This document shows, piece after piece, positions 9,437-19,214 of a DNA stretch of 20,000 bases. The notes below the pieces were generated by a model. The model did no database searches and was not told the DNA's origin. It was given only the letters and a program-made list of their open reading frames with translations. Source of the stretch: Batkoa obscura (Eukaryota). Location of the stretch: positions 1,486,591 to 1,506,590 of the forward strand of contig JASVEC010000010.1 in assembly GCA_030770535.1 (NCBI GenBank). The letters are read 5' to 3'. Each line of letters opens with the position of its first letter. Position 1 is the stretch's first letter. A program made the translations under genes and the position numbers.

Positions 9437-12400
9437 TTAAAATTCTTTTTTAGAAGCAATAGCTATTAATTCAGGATAATATAATACAGAATTAAAATGA
9501 GGTGTAAAATGTTGAGTTAATGCAACTGATAAATCTTTGGCCCTTGATTTTTGGATTTTATCGGCTTCTTCAAAAGCGTCCTCTGAGTTATCTAAAGTTG
9601 AGCATAACTCATCTTCTATTTTTTGTAATGCTTCATCTTGGTTTTCTTGAAGCATATCAATAGTCCTTTCAAAGCTACATGTCCATGAGATTAAATTTTC
9701 ATGAGTTTCCAAAGCAAAAAGGTATTTTTTTACATTTTGTTGTATATTATTATTATTAGGAGGTTGATTTTTCAAATCTTCTGAATTTACAACATCATAA
9801 TTTGGCATGATAATATCAGGGTGATTAAGTTCATCGTTTTTGTTTCCGCCTGAGTTAGTAAATGAAAGAGAGAAGGCATGCTTCATAAAATTCTGTTCTA
9901 CAATTATAGGTAAAGAGGGGATAAACCTTAACTTTGATGAATGCTGTCCGATTGGTATAAACATTAAACTCTTTTTCCCTGGCGTATCTCCTATTATTTT
10001 AAAGGTTTGGGTTGGGTTTGAATCAAATACTATCTCTGGTGGATCACATTTTATATCTTCACCATGAGCTAATAATCTCAAACCCGGACAAGGAGCAGAC
10101 AGAGTAATTTCAATAGAGTCAGAGTGTTCATTTACGATAATTTTACGTGAGAAATTATTATCAATTTTGAGCTCAATTTTTTCTTGGGATTCATTATTAG
10201 CTATTAGTGGTGATTCCGAGATTGAATCATACATGTCAATTAAGAGATGTTCAGGCAGTGTATTGGTTGAATCAAACTTTCTAACATTGGTTAAAAATAA
10301 TTCTTTACTTAGGCTACCTTTTCCTTTATCATCAATCTCTAACAATGATACAACTAACAAAAGTGTAAGTTCGCTTCGGAAGTTAGTAGTTGAGCGATTT
10401 GCTTGATGCCAGCGTGTAGCAAATTTATCCAATATTAATTCAGATGAATTTGTCCCCAATTTTAAAACAAGGCAAGTCGACAATACCCGTAGAGCGAGGT
10501 CCAATCTCAAACCTGTCCAATTAAAGTGATTTAGAAAGGAGATCAAAATCGCATGATTATTTGTCTGCCCAACATAATTAGTTAATTGAAGACGAGATAG
10601 TTCAGGTGTAAAATAAATGAATTTCGAAATAGAAGGTGGTTCCAAATGAAGCAAACCTCTAGCAATTAGATATGAAATTGCAGCATTTGGATCGATTTCA
10701 AATCTACGTATAGCAGATAATATTATGGGATGATATTTGTTTTCACTACTTTTCTCTTTGTTGCTTTGATTACGGGCTGTAACTGCATTTATTACATCTA
10801 AACTTATTACCTTTTTTATCTCAAAGTATGCTTCGCTAATATTAAAATCAGGGGAATCAGAAGACTCCATTGACTTTGCAATAACTAACAAATGCTCAAA
10901 CAAAAAGAGAAATCTAGATTTCCATGCTGATCCACTAATTACTTGCCTAACCGGGCCTTGAAATATAAGGTTATATACAGGGGTGGTATATGAAGAAATT
11001 ATTTGATTAAATGCTGAATTATAAATATCATTTCCTTTGTTAGAGTGTGATCCATTAACATCACTATTATGTGAATCAATGATATCGCCTTCTTTATTAC
11101 TATAGTTGTTACCAGAATGTATGCTCTTCATATCAGCTGAATGTGAATCAGGGATGGTATATGGCGAATCAGGGATATGGTCCATCTGAGAGTAAGCAGC
11201 TAAATCATTCACTAATTGATTGATTTCAAGGCTGTTTATATTCTTAGGTGGTAATCCAGCAGAATTTGGCTCTGATCTAGTAAATTTCCCAGATTTAGTA
11301 GAATGAGCAAGGCTAGTAGTTGAATTGGAGGTTTTAGTAAGATTTGGTCTTCTAACTGATTTTGGGGGAATAAAAAAATAGTCTGGGGATTCATTATTAT
11401 TTTCATTAGAATAATTGTTATTTTTCGCTGAAGATGGACTATTCAGTTTTTCTGAAGTTTTTATATCGTCTAAAAGAGAATCGGAACTTTGAATAACTAA
11501 TGGCATCAAGTTAACTTCAGGAGATTCGATCACCACTCTATGAACTAATGGTGCAGAGTTCATATTAGTACAGGTTAATTGAACATCACTTTGGTCTTGT
11601 TTTGATGGAGATTTAGTTTTGTTTGAAGAAAATTTATCAAAAAATTGCTTAAAAGATTTGATCATTTCGTTCCCTCCTATTTTCCCAGTCGTTGCTGATC
11701 TCTCTAAGCTAATTTTTTTGTGCTCTTTTTCTTTTAATGTGGCCACATTCGATGTGTTTGAGCGATTCAAATCCTTCCTCAAATCTGGAGGTCCTTCATC
11801 ATTTTTTCCAGGATATTTTTCCGGGATGACCTTCCTCCCAGTCCATTTAAATGATTTCATTCTTCCAATACCATTATTTACTTTTGATGAATCTAAATAA
11901 ATTGCTAATTAAATTAAAAATAAAAACTAATATTGTTTTACTTTCTATTTTTTTGTCATTTTCCGAGTTTTTTCTACCAGAACTTTTACTTCTTTTGCCA
12001 AAAGTTAAAAGCCTTTTAAATGTAGATCCTGCTGTAGATTTTTGCTCATTATTAAGTGTTTCATTTTTATCATCCAAATCATCACTTATATTTTCATTTT
12101 TTAAGTTTTTTAATGATTTCGACCTCTCTAAACTTAATCCCTTATTTTTCTCGTCTAATTGGCTCCCATTCTAGAATATTTTTAATACCATTAAGTATAA
12201 TAATTGTAATACAAACATTACCTCTTTATCAAATAAAGCATTTCCATTTAAACCATGATTTGATATATTAAATGATCTTGATCTTCTGAGGTGCGCTTTA
12301 TTATTTTTTAGTCTTATTAGTGGGTTTTTTTCTAAAGTCTCAGTAGTTAAAGTACCTTTTTTTATAATTGGAAATTTAACATCTTCAGATACCAACAGAT

Positions 12401-13041
12401 TTTTATTCTCAGCTTCATTTTTTTGATCATATTTGCTAGCTAAAAACCCTAAGGGATCTGGTGTATAAATTTGACCAGGTGAAGGCAGTAGTGGGATTGA
12501 GTTTTGTACTGTTAATTCCCCTGACGTTGTACTAAATCTATCTTCTTTAAAAGGATTTGTAAGTCTAAGTTGATTTAGATGCAATTTAGATTTGCGATGA
12601 CTTTGTGCTTTTCTTGTTAACAGATTTGAATGTATATTATTTACTCTACTACGTGTATACGTTTTCCTTTTGGAAGAACCTATTTTTTGATTAAATTCTC
12701 TTGGATACTAGTAATATATAATAGTAAATACCTGAATCACCACTGTTTGATGGTGAATGTTTAACCTTGGATCCCTGTTTGAGTTTAGAATGTTTAATAT
12801 TCTTCAAATTATGCTTTTTATTATTAACTCCTCGCTCTAAAACTTCCGCATCTGGTATAAATCCAGGATATTTTTCTTTAGCTTTTTGTAAAGCATTGTC
12901 ATCTAAATCTATAACATAAACTTCTGCCGAAGGCTGACCCTCATCTTTGGGTTTATTAAGTCGAGTTAATGTAGCTTTTCTTAAAAGTTGTACTGCATTT
13001 TTACGTTCAACTGGCTTTACATCACTATTTTCTCTGACCAT
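9437..13041 (-). CDS. 1150-aa protein: long disordered basic/Ser-rich N-terminus, split PH domain enclosing a degenerate Sec7 domain and a beta-rich segment; 4 exons: 13041-12732, 12679-12222, 12170-11942, 11892-9437
   Basis: Three GT-AG introns (52, 51, 49 nt) join the 116-, 137-, 67- and 807-aa ORFs in frame (3453 nt). Sec7-like motifs: RFEIDPNAAISYLIARGLL, FLNHFNWTGLRLDLALR, LSKELFLTNVR, LLIDMYDSISESPL. PH-like motifs: WKSRFLFLFEHLLVIAK and KYLFALETHENLISW. Confidence 0.85.
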
Positions 13042-13931
13042 TTATCCTTAATAACCTTATTTAATTAAATTCATATACTAGACAAATATATTATAATTAC
13101 CTCAAAATAAATCAAAAACTATTAAATATTAAGTTATTATTATTATATTATTTATTCAAAACTAATTAAAAAATATATTCTTTAAGTTTATGTTAGCTAA
13201 AGCTTTAACTTTTAAAGCAGTTTCCCCCTTAAAAATTTATTAAAACTTTACACCTATTGCAAACTAAAAATAGGTTGGAACATAAAGAATTATAAACTTG
13301 GCATTTTAATATGATCCAAAAATTTATGTAAAACAAATTAAATCTATCTGGGCATGAAATCCCGCAACTTAATTGGATATTGATCTAATCCGCCTTTTTT
13401 AGTTTCCCCTTACTCAATTCACTTAATATACATTTTATTTGCTAAAATTAAGTTTTATTTTTAGTAATTTAATATTTTACCATTAAAATATTTAATTTAT
13501 ATTTACTAGTAACTAATAATATTTATATTGTTCAAATTTTATAGAATCATTCTTTTATAAAAAATATTCAATGCTTTTTCAATTATATTGAATAAAAAGC
13601 ATATTTAAAATATCAAAATTATTTAAAAAAACAAAACTTGGTAATATTAAAGTGTGGAAATTAAGTTTATAAATCGAATTACAATACTCATATTTATTAA
13701 AAATATCCAATATAAAAAGTTATATTTTGAATATATTTCATAGTATTTTTACTCATATTTGGCAAGTATCATAAATTTACTCTAAATATCATAATTTAAC
13801 AAAATATTAATAAAACATTAAACGAAAGCATTATATTACCTCCACATTAAAAAGCTGAACATCAAGTAAAAAAACTACATTTTAATTTATTAGCTTTATG
13901 TTGTCTAAAATACCTATCCTCGAATGCTAAT

Positions 13932-14883
13932 TTATTTCTTTGGGGCAAAGATATCTTGGAGTTTGTCGTAACCAGCAAGTACACCAGCACCGGCAACAGC
14001 ACGGAGAATGTTAGCACCAGCACCTTTGAAGAGAGATTTAACACCTTCATTCTTGACAATTTCATTGAAACAGTGGAGGGATGAATTATATTTGACGGCA
14101 GCACCAGAAGTCATCATCATTCTACGACGAACGGTATCAATTGGGTATGAAGCAAGACCAGCACCAATGGTAATAGCCCAACCGAGAAGGAAGGAAGCTA
14201 ATACGGATTTGGCAAGTTCACCAGTTAAGAGAACTGGTTTAAGGGAATCGTAAAGACCGAAGTAAAGACCACGGTATACAATGATACCAACACATGAAAT
14301 GTTGAAACCACGGTAAAGACCGGCAATACCATCTGAAGCAATAGTCTTACGATAGACATCAACAAGACCGTTGAATTGACGTTCACCACCCTTCTTGGCT
14401 GATTTAGCATCGTTAGCAAGACGAGTACGAGCATAATCAAGAGAGTATACGAAAAGAAGGGATGAAGCACCAGCAGCACCACCGGAAGCTAAGTTACCAG
14501 CGAACCAGGTCCAGTAACCTTCATCCTTTTTGAATCCAAACATACGCTTGAACTTATCCTTGAAAGCCAAGTTTAAGGCTTGGGTTGGGAAATAACGGAT
14601 AACGTTAGCGGTGTTACCACGGTAAAGGGAAACAAAACCTTCTTCTTTGATAACACGACTGAAGCAGTCACCAATACCTTTGTATGGGGTAGAAAGACGA
14701 CCAGCCTTGATCATCTCATCTTGGTTTTGAATAAGAAGTTTAACACGTTCAATTGGGGCAGCAGCAGTCTTGGAGACAGCGGCAGATACACCACCAAGCA
14801 TGAAATCCTTTAACTCGTATAAGATTTTATAATTTTAATATAAACAAAGTACTTACGAGCAAGAAGTTTTTATCACCGGACAT
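13932..14883 (-). CDS. AAC: Mitochondrial ADP/ATP carrier, 300 aa, 2 exons: 14883-14857, 14807-13932
   Basis: [29 protein letters not shown] and the AAC signature RRRMMM. A 49-nt GTAAGT...AAG intron supplies the N-terminus [15 protein letters not shown]. Confidence 0.98.
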
Positions 14884-15681
14884 TTTAATTATCAAGGAGA
14901 AGGATTAATATAAAACAAAGTTCAAAGGTTTTAACATTTACTCTATTTATATTATATCTTATTCCCCAGCTTAATTTTGAACACTAAATTTGAAGGTTTA
15001 TTTGGTGCACCACATCCCCAATATACTTACTTTTACCAATCATTAACTTCTTATCGGATCAACTAATTATAAGCTTGATAAATGTATTTATCTTATTGGA
15101 TAATCTCAATAAAGCTTCATTGATTTTAAAATATAATCAATATTGAATGCATTGGATTTATTTTAATTGGTTAATTTTATGTTTAATTTTACAAATTAAT
15201 TTACATTTACAATTTATTTACTCGAATTTGAATCCCACCGAAAATTTAGAATCATTCTTTTGAACCCTTATTTTTTTTAGGATGAACTTAAAATCACATG
15301 TTAAATTCTAAAGCAATAGGACTTTAATATAAAATTAGGCTTTTTGTTATAAGCAACATTGTTAAAATAAAGTCATTTAGATCAAATATAACATTATAAC
15401 TATGGATATAATATAAACTAAATATCCTAATTGTTATTTTGACTTTATATATAGCTTTAAAACCAATATGGAAGCATCTTTGTTGAGTATAATTAGCCAA
15501 TTTTTAAATTTTACGCTGCATAAAAAACGTAAAAATAATGAAACAAAATAAATTATTACGTATAGTTAAAAATCCATAGTCATGTTTAAAAGTAAGTTCC
15601 AAAAAAAAAAGTGATAAGACTCATACTAAATAGCAGCGAAAGAATCAAACCTAGGTATTTTATTATTTTTTCCTAGGATAC

Positions 15682-17570
15682 TTAAGGATAGTCAGTATTA
15701 TTTAATGTTGTTCTTATATGATTGCAAAATGATTCAAAATGTTCGAAACATGAATTACTCGATTCTTGATGTTGGAGTAATAGAATATTCAATGAAGTTT
15801 TGAATTGAATATCAGCCACTTTTTTTAGTGTAAACTTACATTCAAATGGCTTTATTTGAAATTTAGGGACAATTTCATCGATGTTTTTTATTAATAGTGC
15901 TCTTCTCCACTTCCTTGTCCAACTTAATAAGTTTACTTTACCATAAATATATCTCAATGTCCTGTCATTGAGATTTTCCACTCTATATACAACACTAAGT
16001 ACATCTAATAATTTATGGATTTTAGAAACCGAATCACTTAGATTTAAATTAATTTCGATATCAACGCTCATTTTATAGCCTTTTTTTGAATAACTATTAT
16101 CCTGGGTTGATTCTGTCTTATTTTCTTTTCTCTTCAAAACTATTCTTTTATCAAAAGAATGTAACTATTATTACAGAAAATAAATATTTAAAATCGATAG
16201 CAAAAAAATATTACATTATACAACTCTGTATGAAACGTCCAACTGATAACCCATCTGGTAGTATTGCCTTGTAATAAGGTATTTACTCTGTATAAAATAT
16301 CCTACGAAAATTAATCGCTTTTTTATAGTATAGTTCAAATCTACCTTAAATTTCTTAAAAACGTTTTTTAAACTTGTTAAAGTTGACTTTTTACCAACCA
16401 TTGTAGTGAACCAACTATATAATAAATTAACTATTACAAAAAGGTTAAGTTAAATTTACCCGACATCATTTTTATAATAAGTTGATTCTTTTATCATGAT
16501 TGAAATGAAATTAAACTCTCCGCCTTCTGTGATCATTTCGTTGCTAGAGCCAGAACACACCCCTGAAGGAAGATTCGATTTATTCTTACAACCCTTATCT
16601 ATTTCTTCACTACTATCATAAAAGGGCGGATTGCACATTGTAAATGAATATCTAAACAATTAGTATGATCTTATAAATAAATCAGCTTACTTTAATTTTT
16701 TGTGGATTTTTACTATGGCCTCTTCGTTTTCGATAGCTGCTATTCCAAAGTCTCTTACATTTTTATCAAATAGTAATGGAGTAAATATTTTGAACTCTTT
16801 ATCTTCTTTATTGACCTGTGTTATGGAGATTCTCGAGGTTAAATGGTTGTTCTTTATATTCTTTCTAGCACAGTCAATAGAATCTCCATCAATATCTTAA
16901 AATTTTAATTGATTAATAGAGAAAGTATTCATATAATCACCTGTAGCTGTCATTGTCCAATTGGTGTGCATTTTACAAATCAGTAAAGGATAAATACACG
17001 TTGCGCCTGTTCCACTTTAAATGTAAGTCAAAATCAATATGAAACAAATGAAATACATGTCCAAGCCATTGATTGGGAATTCTGAGCAAAAATTATTATC
17101 TAATAGGTCTTCAATACAATGGATATAATTTAATCTATAACAAGAATAAACATTAGTAATAAAAAACATTATTGAAAAATGAAACTTGCCTATTTGGAAC
17201 CTAGTTTTGAAGTTATAAAAAGCTATTTATTTGAATTATTTATTACTATTGGACATAAATTAGTTAAAGGAAACCTTAATTTGAGATTAAAATATTTCTT
17301 CAATATTGAGCATGTAAGTTCTCTATATTGTTAAGTAAAGTATATATATGTCCATATGAATACCTCAATCCTTCAACATCTTTGAAATTAAACGTATATT
17401 CCTCTTCAGAAGTCCCTCTTTCACTTTTTTTAAATATACTAATAATTATTTTTGGTCATTTACTTTATTGAATGTATTTACTAATCTTTAAGTTTGGGAA
17501 ACTCGTCACTTAATAATCTAAAGTCTGGAGGTCCTAATCTACTCTTATGAAAAATATTTCTTTCATGCAT
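15682..17570 (-). CDS. METTL16: METTL16/Mtl16-family U6 snRNA m6A methyltransferase, 479 aa, 11 exons: 17570-17482, 17438-17364, 17322-17247, 17200-17190, 17134-17057, 17014-16941, 16895-16691, 16651-16460, 16414-16345, 16301-16215, 16164-15682
   Basis: Spliced translation gives MHERNIF...PPDFRLL, LCPIVPNRLNYIHCIEDLL, SAM-binding GLDIGTGATCIYPLL, catalytic FTMCNPPFY, EMITEGGEFNFI, WFTTMVGKKSTL, QGNTTRWVISWTF, and C-terminal SWTRKWRR and FESFCNHI. Ten introns of 39-55 nt, one of them GC-AG. The 1440-nt CDS closes in frame. The ORF track shows only fragments. Confidence 0.92.
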
Positions 17571-17843
17571 TGGATGGTCTGATGTTCTAATGATTTTCTA
17601 TTCAATTTTAAAATAATTAAAGACTAAATTTCATATTTCGATAAATTCTCTATATAATAAAAGCATCAAGTTTGAACATTTATAATTTAATATAATTAAC
17701 ACCTTAAATATTTAAAAGCAATTGATGGTAACTAAATAGGTAAAAATTTACTTTTATAAATTCTTATATAATGCTTATAGTATATACTAATATAATAGCT
17801 AGTTCTATAAACCAAGTTTTAGAAATTTCTACTAAATAAAAGC

Positions 17844-17948
17844 ATATGGGTGTATTTTTTTGGCTTCATTACTTTTTCCATCTTTTAAGCGCTATTTAAG
17901 TGGAAAAATTGTTAGTAAGAATCTTAAACAAAAAATACAGTCTCATAT
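17844..17948 (-). mobile_element. MITE-like element, copy B (inverted relative to A), ~270 bp upstream of the METTL16 ATG
   Basis: Reverse complement aligns end to end with 8114-8222 (e.g. GGCTTCATTACTTTTTCCA, TTAAGCGCTATTT, AGTGGAAAAATTG). Terminal repeats are decayed. Confidence 0.8.
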
Positions 17949-18331
17949 TTTAATAAAACTTTCTATGATCAGTATAATTGCCAAACTTATTTTATTATTT
18001 AAAGCAATTAGATAATATTTATATAATATTAAAATTCTAAAAAGCTATCTTAAAACACTTTTAGTTGTTTTAAGGGTAAAAGTATTATTTTAACATACTT
18101 TGTCAGTGCTATCTTAATATTAGTTAAAAGATGCTAAATATTCTTAACTATAGTAATTTTAAAATAAAATAAAGTAAAATAAAAATTTTAAGGATTTTTA
18201 AAAAAACTATCCAATTTTTACAATCTCTGTAATTTGTAAGTGCTTTTAAAAATTTTAAATGATAAAATAGTATAAAAAGTAGTAAAATAACATAGACTTA
18301 AGAGATATTAAATATAATTCTAATACTGATA

Positions 18332-18440
18332 ATACGGAGATGTATTTTTTGTGTTTAAGAATTTTACTAACGATTTTTCCACTTAAATAGTGCTTAAAAA
18401 ATCGAAAAAATAATGAAGTCAAAAAAAACACTCCCATATA
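18332..18440 (+). mobile_element. MITE-like element, copy C
   Basis: Aligns end to end with copy A: TTTAAGAATTTTACTA, ATTTTTCCACT, AAATAG, GCTTAAAA, TAATGAAG, CCCATATA. Confidence 0.8.
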
Positions 18441-18528
18441 GTGACTTATTTATTTTTTATACCAGCAGCTATAGCTACAATTTTTAAATTTAATACAGAT
18501 TTTTAACTTTATTTAATATATTAAATAA

Positions 18529-18597
18529 TATATGGGGGGTGTTTTTTCAGCTTCATTACTTTTTCCATCTTTTAAACACAGAAATACATCCCTATAT
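18529..18597 (-). mobile_element. MITE-like element, copy D, internally deleted (~69 bp)
   Basis: Keeps both ends (TATATGGGGGGTGTTTT ... AAATACATCCCTATAT) but lacks ~39 bp of the centre present in copy B. The deletion junction falls on a shared TTAA. Confidence 0.75.
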
Positions 18598-18791
18598 TTA
18601 ATTGGTTTAATTTTTAAAAAACATTTATAAATAATGATAAATTCAAAATTAATTTTAAAATAAATATAAATATAGAATAAGATATTGTTTAACAATAAGA
18701 TTTATTTAAATCATATTGCTTTAGTAAAAATAGTTTGGAATCTTAACTTTTTTTAGGTATTTTGCAAAAGTTTAAGAGTTAGTTAAAAAAG

Positions 18792-19213
18792 TGTGAAATA
18801 TCGCTTTATCAGTCCCATGGTTAATTATAGCATAATAATCGCCTAAGCTGTTGTGCTCTTGAGTTCAGAGAAAATTAATCCCACGCTCTTAGTTTGATTT
18901 GCTATGAGAATTTCTAGCTTCATCCCAAAGAATATCATCTTCTCATTTTGGTATACTTTTCAGAGTATAAAAGAGTTTACAGAGTATAGTAGTTCGAGGC
19001 TTTTTAACTGAATTATTCCCTGATATCTCGAACATTTAATAAAGTCACTAAGTTTTCTTAATAGTATTTTACGTAGATCTTAAATTGATATTATCTATTA
19101 TATTTATTTTACATAGTCTGTAGCCTATTCGTGCTGTTATTCATAATCTAAGTCTATCTTAGCCACATAAAGTAAGACTTTCTGACACCAACTGTTGAGT
19201 ATCAGATTTCACA
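18792..19213 (+). mobile_element. Solo-LTR-like element, 422 bp, directly abutting the telomere
   Basis: TG...CA termini with a perfect 8-bp inverted repeat TGTGAAAT (18792-18799) / ATTTCACA (19206-19213). Internal TATAAAAG (18966-18973) is followed by AATAAA (19038-19043). GC content is visibly higher than the left flank. No target-site duplication or internal gag/pol seen. Orientation is tentative. Confidence 0.6.
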
Positions 19214-19214
19214 G

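Noticed and set aside
9840..12271. Several + strand ORFs of 71-107 aa
   Set aside because: Antisense shadows of the Sec7/PH gene.
13862..14813. Short ORFs overlapping AAC on both strands
   Set aside because: Shadow frames caused by the strong codon bias of AAC.
15220..15245. TTTGAATCCCACC resembles a tRNA T-loop/B box
   Set aside because: No cloverleaf, A box or acceptor stem can be built.
16172..16180. Exact METTL16-type motif TACAGAAAA inside METTL16 intron 10
   Set aside because: It is on the + strand, antisense to the pre-mRNA, so it is absent from the transcript.
18255..18695. Two 60-aa minus-strand ORFs
   Set aside because: They run through MITE copies C and D and AT-rich filler, with no coding signal.
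18720..19213. Possible telomere-associated Penelope-like or non-LTR retroelement, hammerhead ribozyme, or telomerase RNA
   Set aside because: No RT reading frame, poly(A) tail, complete hammerhead core (CUGANGA...GAAA with stems) or CCCUAA template outside the array. The TG...CA inverted ends fit an LTR better.
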